This document shows, piece by piece, positions 22,300 through 32,975 of a DNA stretch of 64,000 bases. A program made the translations under genes and the position numbers. Position 1 is the stretch's first letter, and the number at the start of each line of letters is the position of its first letter. The notes beneath the pieces were generated by a model. That model made no database searches and had not been told where the DNA came from. It was given only the letters and a program-made list of their open reading frames with translations. This DNA comes from an uncultured Methanosarcinales archaeon (GTDB taxonomy: Archaea > Halobacteriota > Methanosarcinia > Methanotrichales > Methanotrichaceae). The stretch spans positions 96,001 to 160,000 of the forward strand of contig CAWJKV010000014.1 in NCBI GenBank assembly GCA_963843555.1. The letters run 5' to 3'.

Positions 22300-22652
22300 G
22301 CCAGTATTGAACTTGTGAATAAAAGCGAACAGACCTATTCAGGGTCTTTCCAAACTCAAAAGAAGATTAAGTTCGATGTTTCTCCCACAATTTAACCACA
22401 AAGAGCCCCTGATCCTTAGGCAGGGATCATGCCCAAAGCATGAAAAATCAGTATTCCTTAAGAGTTTTTCATGTGGAGACGCAAACGCAATCGCACATAA
22501 GACTTTGGAAAAACTGTTGGATTCCTGCGCCCAAGCGCATGAACCCAAGCAAAACAGCGATGAGCCATCTAATTGATGTTGCTAACGCATCGTCTGTAAA
22601 CTCATTATCTGCTCATAGGTTTTTGCTCAATCCATTGCACGTCGCCGAACCT

Positions 22653-23504
22653 TTACATAATGGAGCCAGAGTATGAAGAGCTGGATGATCCGCCCATGGA
22701 TCCACCGCCAGATGACATGCTGGTGGATGTTGAGGAGCTAATTCTCCCGCTTGATCCCTGAGATCCAGAAAGCTGGACAGGCATGGCGGTAGCGGCTGAC
22801 GGGTTCGTGGCTGCACTTACGCTGGGCTCAGCTACTGAGACAGCAGATTGGGGCTTGAAAACATTTGATGAGACCGAGAATGTGACCTCTCCTGACCGGC
22901 TGCTCCCATCGGTCTCATGAACAGTATACGTACCCGTAGACAAGGCGGATAATGACAGATTGAGCTCATACAGGTCCGTAGTGCCAACTGGCATCACGAC
23001 TACCCTTAGCTTATCCCCGGATATTGAGCCGTTGGCGGTGGCATTTTCTGTTTCATTGCCTCTATTTATAACTCCCCGACCCATTACCACGCCCTCCTTC
23101 TGGATCAGATAAAGTTCCATTTGCTCAGGGGCTTCGCCATTGAGATCCAAGGACCAGGTGCCGGTCACGTTTACATTATCCATAGAATTGACCGCATCTG
23201 CTTCCGTCTGAGGTGCGACTGAAAAAGACGATTTTTGGCTGTCCGGTTCATTGAGTGGATTTGATCCCGTTATCACTCCCGCATTCCTGGCTTCTTGAAG
23301 GAGCTCCTGGGACAAGGGCATGGACATGGATTCTCCCAGCTGGCTGGGACTGAGCGGGTCGCCTGCCCCTGCCGATACCAGGAAGAAAGCTATAATCGTC
23401 ATGCTAAGTAATAATTTTTGGTATATCATATCAACCTCTCCTGGATCCAACTTATGAGTGCCCATTGCTCCTGGTTGAACCTCGACCTTAGAAGCCAAGA
23501 ACAC
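22653..23504 (-). CDS. Secreted hypothetical protein with a Ser-rich tail (paralog of 15961-16677); likely start MIYQKLL
   Basis: Signal peptide, shared beta domain, S/G-rich C-terminus. Confidence 0.7.
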   Translation of the reverse strand: MFLASKVEVQPGAMGTHKLDPGEVDMIYQKLLLSMTIIAFFLVSAGAGDPLSPSQLGESMSMPLSQELLQEARNAGVITGSNPLNEPDSQKSSFSVAPQTEADAVNSMDNVNVTGTWSLDLNGEAPEQMELYLIQKEGVVMGRGVINRGNETENATANGSISGDKLRVVVMPVGTTDLYELNLSLSALSTGTYTVHETDGSSRSGEVTFSVSSNVFKPQSAVSVAEPSVSAATNPSAATAMPVQLSGSQGSSGRISSSTSTSMSSGGGSMGGSSSSSYSGSIM

Positions 23505-23730
23505 TCCCTTGTGCGTCTAATGCACAGATCCTCAGAATCCAACTATCCTCATCCTTTGTTACTATATGACGATTTCGGTTTAGCCAAATGTCGAAGCCCG
23601 GAAGCCTCTGTGACCATAGTAACTGATCAGTCCTGCATTTCTGGCATGGTCCTTGTTCTGGTTTCCGTTTCCGCTGAACGCTTTTTCGAGGTTCTTGGCC
23701 AATTCATCTCTCCGCCGGGAAGGTAGATCG

Positions 23731-24249
23731 TCACCACTTTTCACAGGCCACGATCTCTCCCAGCCTCTTGCGTGGCCTGGCAGCAGGGGTCTCCGCCGGA
23801 TAGCCCATGGTGAGCATCACAACCACCCGGATATTTTCTGGGATCCCCAGGATCTGTTTGACCTGGTCTTCATAGAAGGCTCCAATCCAGCAGCTTCCCA
23901 GGCCCAGACCAGTAGCCATCAAGCTCATGTGGTCCACAGCTATAGTCACATCAATTGGATAGCATTGCTGGCCGCAAGTCATGACGTATTCCGTCTCTGT
24001 TCCGCAGGCGGCGATGATTACCGGTGCCTGAGCTACAAATGGCTGGCCTCTGGCGGCTCTCGATAGCTCTTGCCGCTTATCTTTATCCTGGACTACGACA
24101 AACCTCCAGTCCTGGAGGTTACGGGCCGAAGGAGCCAGCCTTCCTGCTTCCAGAATACGGTTGAGTTTATCCTTTTCCACCGGGCGGTCCTGATAAGAGC
24201 GGATGCTCCTCCTTGACCTGATAGCTTCCATGATATCCACGATCGGCAC
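23731..24249 (-). CDS. Nitroreductase family protein
   Basis: RRSIRSY, AGRLAPSARNLQDWRFVVV, GLGSCWIG. Confidence 0.95.
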   Translation of the reverse strand: MPIVDIMEAIRSRRSIRSYQDRPVEKDKLNRILEAGRLAPSARNLQDWRFVVVQDKDKRQELSRAARGQPFVAQAPVIIAACGTETEYVMTCGQQCYPIDVTIAVDHMSLMATGLGLGSCWIGAFYEDQVKQILGIPENIRVVVMLTMGYPAETPAARPRKRLGEIVACEKW

Positions 24250-24641
24250 CTCACTTCTTGCTTTGGTCTCTTGATAGATATAAGCTGATTTGGCGAAGAG
24301 CCTACCTCACCTCCTCGACAGGTTGGTCAGCCATGAATGCAAATCCGCCAGCACATTTCTCCAATTGGTCCCAGTTGAGTGCTAATGGGCAGGATGCCGT
24401 TCTCAATCTCATGTTCGGGCCCTTCGAAGGGGATTGCGGACCCGCAAGATGCCGTTCTGGCCGGGTATATGATTAAGGGGGGAGAGATGAATCCAATATC
24501 TTCAATGGATTGGGAAAAGCGGAAAAGAGCCACCGAACTGCCAGAGCCAATGGCTTCTGCGAGTTATAGACCATTTTTGGAGTCGATATAAACTTGGTCA
24601 GAGCAAGAGAGAAATCGTCCACATCCAGTGTATTTTTTAAT

Positions 24642-24750
24642 ATTACCCCCGCAACTTCTTCCGGGTCCCGCGCGGTGAGACGCGCTTCTGTAACGGGGGT
24701 CCACTCCAGGCCGTGGCGGCCCCCCTAACCCCGCGTCCGCGGGGGATAAT
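24642..24750. ncRNA. Candidate structured ncRNA (GC-rich multi-stem element), family unknown
   Basis: Terminal stem ATTACCCCCGC / GCGGGGGATAAT encloses hairpins GCGCG-GTGAGA-CGCGC and GGCCG-TGG-CGGCC plus GGGGG/CCCCC; flanks are AT-rich. Confidence 0.45.
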
Positions 24751-24798
24751 CTATGAAGCTCTGCCCTTTATCCTTGAATGTTTTGAGAATGTCCCAGA

Positions 24799-24913
24799 CC
24801 GACAGCCGTAGTGAGCCTTCAGAAAACCAGAGCGCAATTTGTCAGAGGGCGAGTTACACAGGACAAGGCTTGTGACACTTCAAATGATTTCCTTACTCAT
24901 CGACGCTTGTCGG
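24799..24913 (-). ncRNA. Candidate rod-like hairpin RNA
   Basis: Nested pairings CCGACA/TGTCGG, CGT/ACG, TGAG/CTCA and, on the minus strand, AGGAAATCA/TGGTTTTCT; TTAATAAA lies about 20 nt upstream on the minus strand. Confidence 0.3.
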
Positions 24914-24930
24914 AATAGCATACCACAATC

Positions 24931-24963
24931 TTTATTAACCTGACGTTACTAACTCAAAGTTTA
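24931..24963 (+). promoter_or_regulatory. TATA box overlapped by two HSR1-like operators (TTAAC-N5-GTTAC and CTAAC-N5-GTTTA)
   Basis: TTTATTAA at 24931-24938; imperfect palindromes at 24935-24949 and 24949-24963 resemble the CTAAC-N5-GTTAG site of Archaeoglobus HSR1. Confidence 0.6.
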
Positions 24964-24976
24964 ATAACTATTCCGA

Positions 24977-25618
24977 GTGATGACATTGGATCCTGTTGAG
25001 CTCCTGGACATTCTGGGAAATGAAAATCGGAGGCGTATCCTCCAGCTTCTCTCCTTCCGTCCCTTTTACTTCAATGAGATGGCTAAAAGGCTGGATGTGG
25101 GGCCCAAGGCGGTCATCGACCATCTGGAGATGCTGGAGCGGGCCGGGCTGGTGGAATGCTATCAGGATCAGGGACGGAGAAAATACTTCCGCATAGCCCG
25201 AAAGACGATCCTTGAGGTAGCAGTCTCGCCGCACTCCTATGGTGTCCGAGCCTATCTTTCTGAAGATGCGCCAAAGGTAGAATATACCGGACCAGAAGAC
25301 GCAGGACCTATTCATGATATGAAGCTGCTCCGGGATGAGCTCACTCTCCTGGAGGATAAACGCCGCGAACTGCGCGGGCTCCTCTCTGAGATCGAGTCCC
25401 GTGAGATGGAGATCAAACAGATAGCATCCGGTGCTGCCGAGGTTTTTGCCGAAGACATGCTGGAGTCTGAGATCCTATCTGCATTGCTCTGCGGCGACGC
25501 GAAAGCCTCGGATCTGGCCATGAGGCTGGAGGTGCCGGAGATTGTAGTCCTGGACCGGCTGCAGAGATTGAAAGAGCGCGGCGCTGTGCATTTGAGAAGC
25601 CAGGAGTGGAGCATCTGA
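24977..25618 (+). CDS. ArsR-like wHTH heat-shock regulator (HSR1/Phr type)
   Basis: [19 protein letters not shown]....E....L.V..KAV..HL..LE.AGLV, coiled-coil and C-terminal HTH; directly upstream of cdc48. Confidence 0.85.
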   Translation: MMTLDPVELLDILGNENRRRILQLLSFRPFYFNEMAKRLDVGPKAVIDHLEMLERAGLVECYQDQGRRKYFRIARKTILEVAVSPHSYGVRAYLSEDAPKVEYTGPEDAGPIHDMKLLRDELTLLEDKRRELRGLLSEIESREMEIKQIASGAAEVFAEDMLESEILSALLCGDAKASDLAMRLEVPEIVVLDRLQRLKERGAVHLRSQEWSI

Positions 25619-27933
25619 CACCCCATACAGCAGTACAGAACGAGACGGAGACCGGGACCGTCCAGGATACAGAGACAAAAGAGCCTGTGCAGGATACAAA
25701 AGTACATGCTGAAGTGCATCCAGAAGTGCAAACAGAAGCGCATGCCCAGGATGCAAATGAGCTCGCCAAAGAGGATTCCCTGCAGCTTCGCGTGGCCGAG
25801 GCTTATCATAAAGATGCAGGAAAAGGCGTGGCTAGGATCGGCACGACTGCACTAGCCAGCCTGGGTGTGGAAAACGGCGGTGTGGTAGAGCTTAAAGGAA
25901 AAGACAAAGTCTATGCCATCGCCTGGCCCGGAACCCCGGATGACCCCCAGGATCTCATCAGAATCGACGGAAACACCAGAGCCAACCTGGGTTCAGGGAT
26001 TGACACAAAGGTGCAGGTCTCGCGCGCCCTGGCCAGGCCAGCCAGGAAGATAGTAGTCGCTCCCACGCGCCAGATCCGGCTCATGGGCGGGGCCCAGTAT
26101 CTGCTGCGCATGCTTCAAGGAAGGGCGGTCGTAAAGGGGGAGATGCTGCGCATAGAGATGATCAACAACAGCCTCAACCTTGCTGTGGTCAGCACACTGC
26201 CAGCCGGCCCGGTGCTCATAACTCAAGAGACCATCATCAGCATCACCAGGGAGACACTGGAAGAGCTGGAACTGCATGTAAGAGAGATCTCCTACGAGGA
26301 CATCGGCGGCCTCTCCCGGGAGATCAGGGAGATCAGGGAGATGATCGAGGTTCCCCTGCGCCATCCCGAGCTCTTCAGCCGCCTGGGCATCAACCCGCCC
26401 AGCGGAGTCCTCTTGCACGGCCCTCCGGGAACCGGCAAGACGCTCATCGCGAGAGCAGTGGCAAGCGAGACCGACGCCAACTTCATCTCCATCTCCGGTC
26501 CCGAGATCGTCTCCAAGTTCTATGGAGAGAGCGAGCAGCGGCTGCGCCAGATCTTCGAGGAAGCAGCGAAGACTGCCCCGTCCATCATCTTCATCGATGA
26601 GATCGACTCCATCGCCCCTAAACGGGAGGAGGTATCCGGCGACCTGGAAAGGCGCGTCGTGGCTCAGCTCCTGGCGCTCATGGACGGCCTCTCTTCCCGT
26701 GGAGAGGTGATAGTGATAGCCGCCACCAACCGGCCCAACGCCCTCGACCCAGCTATTCGCAGAGGCGGTCGCTTCGATCGGGAGATTGAGATCGGCATCC
26801 CTAACAAAAACGGCCGGCTGGAGGTGCTTTATGTCCATACAAGGGGCATGCCCTTGGACGAATCCCTGGACCTGAAAGAGATCGCAGATTCGACGCATGG
26901 CTTCGTGGGCGCAGACCTTTACTCTCTCTGCAAAGAGGCAGCCATGCGAACTCTGGAGAGGGCGCTGCCCGATCTGGATGTCCAGGAGGACATACCAATG
27001 CAGGTGTTGGAGGACCTCCGGGTCACAGAAGAGGACTTCAGAGCCGCTCTGAAGAAGATCGAGCCCTCTGCCATGAGAGAGGTCTTCGTCGAGGTGGCCG
27101 AGGTCCATTGGGATGAAGTGGGCGGCCTGGAGGAGGCCAAGCAGTCTCTGGTCGAGGCGGTGGAGTGGCCGCTCAAGTATCCGGAGGCCTTCGCGTCAGT
27201 AGGGGTTCGCCCGCCCCGGGGCATCCTGCTCTACGGCCTGCCGGGAACGGGCAAGACGCTTCTGGTGAGGGCTCTGGCGACAGAGAGCAATGTGAACTTC
27301 ATCAGCGTCAAGGGCCCGGAAATGCTCAGCAAATGGGTAGGCGAATCCGAGCGCGCCGTAAGAGAGATCTTTCGCAAAGCTCGCCAGGCAGCACCCGCGC
27401 TCGTCTTCTTCGATGAGATAGACTCAATAATTCCGGCCCGCGGAAGCGGCTCGGACTCAATGGTCACAGAGCGGGTGGTCAGCCAGTTCCTGACAGAGAT
27501 GGATGGGCTGGTGGAGCTCAAAGACGTGGTGATCATAGCCGCTACCAACCGGCCTGACCTGCTGGACAGCTCAATGCTCCGGCCGGGCAGATTCGATCGT
27601 TTAATTTATATTCCCATGCCGGATAAGGACGCAAGGAAAAGAATACTTGAGATTCATCTCTCTGGAATGGCGGTTTCCGAAGTCTCGCCGCAATGGCTGG
27701 CGGAGATCACTGAAGACTTCAGCGGTGCCGACCTGGAGATGCTCTGCCGGGAGGCGGGAATGCTTGCTTTGCGAGAGCATATTCGACCCGGCGTGAAAAG
27801 AGAAGAATTGATAATTGATAAAATCATGGTTACAAAGGAACATTTCCAGGAAGCTACTGTGCACATCAAGCCACATCTCTCCAAAAGCATTCTGGAAGAA
27901 TATTCAAAGATGCTCCAGGGTTTCAATGCCTAA
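25606..27933 (+). CDS. cdc48: CDC48/VCP family AAA ATPase
   Basis: Two AAA modules (GPPGTGKT and [13 protein letters not shown] and [13 protein letters not shown] and RPGRFDR) plus an N-domain. Confidence 0.97.
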   Translation: MEHLTPHTAVQNETETGTVQDTETKEPVQDTKVHAEVHPEVQTEAHAQDANELAKEDSLQLRVAEAYHKDAGKGVARIGTTALASLGVENGGVVELKGKDKVYAIAWPGTPDDPQDLIRIDGNTRANLGSGIDTKVQVSRALARPARKIVVAPTRQIRLMGGAQYLLRMLQGRAVVKGEMLRIEMINNSLNLAVVSTLPAGPVLITQETIISITRETLEELELHVREISYEDIGGLSREIREIREMIEVPLRHPELFSRLGINPPSGVLLHGPPGTGKTLIARAVASETDANFISISGPEIVSKFYGESEQRLRQIFEEAAKTAPSIIFIDEIDSIAPKREEVSGDLERRVVAQLLALMDGLSSRGEVIVIAATNRPNALDPAIRRGGRFDREIEIGIPNKNGRLEVLYVHTRGMPLDESLDLKEIADSTHGFVGADLYSLCKEAAMRTLERALPDLDVQEDIPMQVLEDLRVTEEDFRAALKKIEPSAMREVFVEVAEVHWDEVGGLEEAKQSLVEAVEWPLKYPEAFASVGVRPPRGILLYGLPGTGKTLLVRALATESNVNFISVKGPEMLSKWVGESERAVREIFRKARQAAPALVFFDEIDSIIPARGSGSDSMVTERVVSQFLTEMDGLVELKDVVIIAATNRPDLLDSSMLRPGRFDRLIYIPMPDKDARKRILEIHLSGMAVSEVSPQWLAEITEDFSGADLEMLCREAGMLALREHIRPGVKREELIIDKIMVTKEHFQEATVHIKPHLSKSILEEYSKMLQGFNA

Positions 27934-28033
27934 CTTAGCAACAGAACTCCATGTGCAGAGAAATAAGAAATGGCAATAAAGAGAATGAATAAAAAATTGA
28001 TACAATTAAAGGCATCAGAGGACTACGAAGAAT

Positions 28034-30001
28034 ATGGATCCAAAGCAGCAGATATATAGTCAAGAACGACCAAAAGACAATATGAGGGCCGAAAAATTGA
28101 CTTTGGAAGACGGGTCGAAAGAGCTGCTTGGCGATATTGATTTTCAGGACACAAGCAGCATAACCGTGCCTGAGAGCCTCATTGATCAGGTGATCGGCCA
28201 GGAAGAAGCCGTTGAAGTGATCAAGAAGGCAGCGCGCCAAAGAAGGCATGTCATGCTCATCGGGTCGCCGGGAACAGGAAAATCCATGCTCGGTAAGGCC
28301 ATGAGCGAGCTTCTTCCTGTAGAGGAGCTACAGGATGTGCTGGTCTATTCCAATCCGGAGGACAACAATACCCCACGCATCCGCGTCGTGCCTGCCGGCA
28401 GGGGCAAGCAGATCGTCGATGCTCAGAAGATGGAGGCCAGAAAGAAGATCCAGACACGGAACATGTTCTTAATGCTCATAGTAATGGCTCTAATCGTTTA
28501 TGCTTACTACATGGGCCAGCTTCTCTTCGGCATCATAGCCGCAGCGCTTCTATTCATCTCCTTGCGCTACATGCTGCCCAAAGAGGATGCTATGGTTCCG
28601 AAGCTGCTGGTTGACAACAACAGCAAGAAAAAGGCGCCCTATGTCGATGCCACAGGAGCGCACGCAGGAGCCCTTCTGGGCGACGTCCGGCATGACCCCT
28701 TCCAGTCCGGTGGCCTGGAGACACCTTCTCACGAGCGAGTGGAATGCGGCGCCATTCATAAGGCCCACAAAGGCGTCCTCTTCATTGACGAGGTAAACAC
28801 CCTGCGACCGGAATCGCAGCAAAGCCTGCTCACAGCTCTGCAGGAGGGCGAGTATCCTATCACCGGCCAGAGCGAACGCAGCTCGGGTGCCCTGGTCAGA
28901 ACGGAGCCCGTGCCCTGTAACTTTATCATGATAGCAGCCGGAAATCTGGATGCTGTGCAAGGAATGCATCCGGCCTTGAGGTCGCGCATAAAAGGCTACG
29001 GGTATGAGGTCTACATGCGGGATACCATGGACGACACCCTGGAGAATAGAAATAAGCTCATCAGATTCGTGGCCCAGGAGATCGTAAGGGATGGCAAAAT
29101 ACCGCACTTTACAAGGGATGCTGTAGCTGAGATCATGCGAGAAGCCAAGAGGAGGTCCGGCAGGAAAGGCCACCTCACATTGATGCTCCGCGATCTGGGC
29201 GGTTTGATCAGAGTTTCGGGAGATGTTGCCCGGGCCGAAAGTGCAAACCTGACCGAGACGAATCACGTCCTGCAGGCCAAGAAGATGGCCCGGTCGGTGG
29301 AACAGCAGCTCGCAGACAGGTACATGGAAAGGCGCAAGGATTACAGCATGTTCCACTCCACCGGAGATGAGGTGGGAAGAGTCAACGGTCTTGCCGTTAT
29401 GGGCGACTCCGGAATAGTGCTGCCCATCATGGCCGAGGTCACCCCAGCCCAGTCCAAAGAGGAAGGGAAGATCATAGCCACGGGGAAATTGCAGGAGATC
29501 GCCAGGGAAGCAGTGACGAATGTCTCCGTGCTCATCAAGAAGTTCCTGGGAGAAGACATCACCAACAAGGATGTTCATATCCAGTTCATCGGCACCTATG
29601 AGGGAGTGGAAGGCGACAGCGCCTCTATCTCCATCGCCACGGCGGTCATATCCGCTCTGGAAGGCGTGCCTGTGAAGCAGACGGTGGCCATGACCGGCTC
29701 ACTGTCAGTGCGAGGAGACGTCATGCCTGTGGGCGGAGTGACGCAAAAGATCGAGGCCGCAGCCCTCGCAGGCATCAAGACGGTGCTGATACCCAAATCC
29801 AATATGGGAGACGTGCTGATCGATGACGCCATCAAGGGCATGATTGAGATCATCCCGGTATCCAACATCAGCGAGGTCTTTGAGTACGCCATGGGCAGTC
29901 AGAGGACCAGGCTGATCGAGAAGCTGAAGAGGTTTGCCACAGAAAAGAAGATCGGCATCATTCTGCCCGAGACCATCCCAGCTCCCATCCGGAGCGTCTG
30001 A
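28034..30001 (+). CDS. lonB: Archaeal membrane-bound ATP-dependent protease LonB
   Basis: GSPGTGKS, two TM segments inside the AAA domain, catalytic EGDSAS and PVGGVTQKIEAA. Confidence 0.97.
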   Translation: MDPKQQIYSQERPKDNMRAEKLTLEDGSKELLGDIDFQDTSSITVPESLIDQVIGQEEAVEVIKKAARQRRHVMLIGSPGTGKSMLGKAMSELLPVEELQDVLVYSNPEDNNTPRIRVVPAGRGKQIVDAQKMEARKKIQTRNMFLMLIVMALIVYAYYMGQLLFGIIAAALLFISLRYMLPKEDAMVPKLLVDNNSKKKAPYVDATGAHAGALLGDVRHDPFQSGGLETPSHERVECGAIHKAHKGVLFIDEVNTLRPESQQSLLTALQEGEYPITGQSERSSGALVRTEPVPCNFIMIAAGNLDAVQGMHPALRSRIKGYGYEVYMRDTMDDTLENRNKLIRFVAQEIVRDGKIPHFTRDAVAEIMREAKRRSGRKGHLTLMLRDLGGLIRVSGDVARAESANLTETNHVLQAKKMARSVEQQLADRYMERRKDYSMFHSTGDEVGRVNGLAVMGDSGIVLPIMAEVTPAQSKEEGKIIATGKLQEIAREAVTNVSVLIKKFLGEDITNKDVHIQFIGTYEGVEGDSASISIATAVISALEGVPVKQTVAMTGSLSVRGDVMPVGGVTQKIEAAALAGIKTVLIPKSNMGDVLIDDAIKGMIEIIPVSNISEVFEYAMGSQRTRLIEKLKRFATEKKIGIILPETIPAPIRSV

Positions 30002-30005
30002 CCAA

Positions 30006-31326
30006 ATGGCACCGGAGTTCCATGACATCCGCATTTTGCGGGGCAGCAGAACGAGGATTGTCCTGGACAATGGCAAGCTGGAAGAGATATCCCAGGCACC
30101 ATTCCAGGGGGCATCAGTGCGCGCTCTGTACGGAGGTGCCTGGGGTTTTGTTACAACCGATAGCGTAGATGGCCTGGAGGAAGAGATCGATCTGGCCAGG
30201 CGCATAGCCAGGAAGATCGACAGACAGGAGGAGCTGAGGCTGGCAGAGGCGCCAGCCGGTAAGAGCATAGCGGTGCCTGTGAAGAAAGACCCGAAAGACC
30301 TCTCTTTAGAGGAGAAGGTAGGGCTCCTCAGGGAGATTGAGGACTGCGGCAAAAGTTAAAGGCGTCTCCTCAACCCAGGCGGTCTACTCGGAGATGGAAC
30401 TGGTGTCACACTACAGCAGCTCTGAAGGCCTGGATCTGGAATCGAAGACGACCAGAATGGGCTTTATGGTCAGCGCTGTAGCCCACAGAAACGGGCTCTA
30501 CCAGACAGATGGAGAAGGCCGGGCGGGCGTGGGCGGACTCGAGCTCTTTGATCGGGAAGACCCCGTAGCTCTGGCCAGGGTAGTAGGAGAGACGGCCGTT
30601 GCACTCCTGGATGCACAGGCGCCCAGAGGTGGAACCTATCCCGTAGTCCTCGATCAGGAGCTCGCCGGCGTGTTTGTTCATGAGGCCGTGGGCCATGCCA
30701 CGGAAGGGGATATAATTTTGGAGGGGGACTCCTGTCTGGAAGGAAAGCTTGGCGAGACGATCGCGTCAGAAATGGTGACCGTAAAAGATGACCCTAGCCT
30801 GATGCTAAACGGCTATTACCCCTTTGATGATGAGGGAAGCCTGGCCCAGGAGACGGTCTTGGTCGAGAAAGGAGTACTGAGATCGTTTCTCAATACTCGC
30901 GAGACAGCCGCAAGATTGGGTGGGGTGCCGCGTAATGCGCGTGCTGAGGGCACTGACCGGCCGGTGGTGCGCATGAGCAATACCTACATTGCCAACGGGG
31001 ACTGGAAATTAGAAGAAATCCTGGAGGAGCTGGGCAGTGGAGTCTATCTGGCAGGAAGCCGGGGGGGACAGGTGAGCACCGGAGAGGGTGTCTTCCAGTT
31101 CAATGCCAAGAGCGGTTACCTGGTGGAAGATGGAGAGAAGACGAAGCTACTCCGGGACGTGTCCCTGTCCGGCAAGATCTTAGAGACTTTACTGCATGTC
31201 AAGGCTGTAGGAAATGATCTGAAATATAACAGCGGGCGCTGCGGAAAATCCGGTCAGTTAGTGCCCGTGAGCGACGGATCGCCCCATCTGCTAGTCGCCC
31301 AGGCGACAGTTGGCGGAACGGGATAA
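30006..31326 (+). CDS. tldD: TldD/PmbA family metalloprotease (one frameshift near 30345)
   Basis: GASVRAL.GGAWGF, HEAVGHATEGD, FDDEG, RMSNTYI, CGKSGQLVPVSDGSPH. Confidence 0.9.
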
Positions 31327-31352
31327 GTGTTTCAAGAGCCCTGATCTTTCAA

Positions 31353-32129
31353 TCAGACCTTTATCTGTCCTTTCAGCCAATTCCACCCCTCTCCAGCCGC
31401 TCTGTCGAGCTCTTTTTCAGCATATTCCTGAAGCTTGGGGAGTATATTCTTTTGCAGATCGTTTTTCAGATCACTTTCAGTATTGTTTTTCAGATCAGTT
31501 GGAGTACCGTTTTTCGGATCGTTTTGGGTGTCCTTTTTCGAACTTTGTTGCAGGTTCTCTTGTGGACTCTCTTGCAGATCCGGCAGTGGCCTGACCACAG
31601 AAGGGGTACCCTCTTCGGACCACCAATCCTGAGGATCGAACTCATTATTGGCTGAGTTTTCCAGCTTTGCATGCCCGGCGTCCACCAGCAAGCGGTTGAA
31701 ATTGGGCGAAACCAGCGGCTGGCCATAGAACCCCGTGAGATAGGCTACACAAATGAGGCTTCCATGAATGTCGCGACCACTGCCGCTGCCTGAAAGGTCA
31801 TCGATATCCAGGTACACCCTCTTGTTTATGAGTACCGCAAAGGTGAAATCCCTCGCCGCTGGCCCCTGGAGGGTACCAATCTCTGGAGATTTGACTTCTG
31901 CCAAACGGATGCGCTCCACGCTGTAGGTGATTCTGGGATCAGCCTTTTCAATTGTGACATCGAATGTATTACCATCCACTACATTTGTAACCGTACCATA
32001 GGCCTCGTCCTGGGAGGCTAGGGCGACGGGAATAGAGATTGCACTCAGCATCAGCAAAAACAGCAATAATAAAGGAAACAAGACTGCAGGAGTCGGTATC
32101 TTTTGAATCAACCCGGAATCGAATTGCAT
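31353..32129 (-). CDS. Secreted thermonuclease (SNase)-like protein with a repetitive C-terminal linker
   Basis: V.NVVDGNTF.V, RIRLA...SPE, D.HG.L.CV.Y, N..LV..GHA. Confidence 0.75.
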   Translation of the reverse strand: MQFDSGLIQKIPTPAVLFPLLLLFLLMLSAISIPVALASQDEAYGTVTNVVDGNTFDVTIEKADPRITYSVERIRLAEVKSPEIGTLQGPAARDFTFAVLINKRVYLDIDDLSGSGSGRDIHGSLICVAYLTGFYGQPLVSPNFNRLLVDAGHAKLENSANNEFDPQDWWSEEGTPSVVRPLPDLQESPQENLQQSSKKDTQNDPKNGTPTDLKNNTESDLKNDLQKNILPKLQEYAEKELDRAAGEGWNWLKGQIKV

Positions 32130-32522
32130 AAGTCACCTATAACCTAACATGAGACGTATATCCTCATCAGCTATTACGCTATTCATTATATCGCATCATT
32201 ACATCACTTGGATACATATTAATTTTCTTGCTATCCATGTTAATCCTTCACTCTTATTGATATCGGTTACTTGTTTCTGGGCGAGGCCAATAGACTGTGC
32301 TCAATTCAAAATCATTCGCAGATATATGGGACTTAGTAGTTGATAGATTAACCATAAATTTCTATCTTTTCAGGGGGGCAGCAGGAGGGCAAGACTGTTA
32401 CAATTCTCATCCGGGGGAATAGCTTTCACTCCGCAAATGATTATAGAGAAGAACGACTTTGACTGGTTGAATTGGGATAAATTGACCTAAACGTTGGTTT
32501 TATTGTTTAAAGACGATCGGCC

Positions 32523-32909
32523 TTATTCTTGGACTACCACTTTGACATCAAGCGATCGACTTCTTGTCCCATTCACTGCCGTTAGCGTATAGGTGGTGGT
32601 ATTGGTCGGAGTCACCAAGGTGGATCCTTTGAGCCCCACCATGCCAATCTCGGGGTCTATCTCCACCTGGCTGGCGCCGATAACGCTCCAGCTGAGGATA
32701 GAAGCTTCCCCGGGGGCCACCGCTACGGGGTTGGCATCCAAGAACTCGATTACAGGGTAAGGAGAGCCGAAGATGTTGATCGCCAGCAGTCCCCCGCCGA
32801 TAATTGCCACCAGCAATGCGAACCAGATTACGATTCCAATCGGCGTTTTCCAGAACGACTTCTGCATCTCCCAGTAGTTCATCTTTTGAGCCATCTGATC
32901 GAATGGCAT
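32523..32909 (-). CDS. Membrane-anchored hypothetical protein with an Ig/PKD-like domain
   Basis: N-terminal TM; F.ANP....GE...LSWSV.GA..V.I.P..G.V...G...VTP..TTTYTLTA. Confidence 0.7.
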   Translation of the reverse strand: MPFDQMAQKMNYWEMQKSFWKTPIGIVIWFALLVAIIGGGLLAINIFGSPYPVIEFLDANPVAVAPGEASILSWSVIGASQVEIDPEIGMVGLKGSTLVTPTNTTTYTLTAVNGTRSRSLDVKVVVQE

Positions 32910-32975
32910 GTTATACTGGTAATTATACTCTGCTCTTCCCTTTAAAAAGAGGTCTTCGATATTCCTGGTATGAAA

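Noticed and set aside
21100..22620. Short ORFs flanking the TPR gene (21147-21536 and 22339-22676)
   Set aside because: They look like decayed fragments or chance ORFs with no identifiable family.
24642..24750. Match to SRP RNA, a cobalamin riboswitch, tRNA-Sec or a pistol/HDV ribozyme
   Set aside because: Only short motifs resemble these (CCGGAAG, CCCCCGCAAC, GGUUAGGG); the required partner helices and conserved boxes could not be built.
25993..29578. Long antisense ORFs (371 aa and 342 aa) opposite cdc48 and lonB
   Set aside because: Shadow ORFs from GC-biased codon usage of conserved genes; no recognisable motifs.
30340..30360. Programmed frameshift in tldD (and likewise rlmE or the radical SAM gene)
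   Set aside because: No clear slippery heptamer or stimulatory structure; indels are widespread and better explained by sequencing error.
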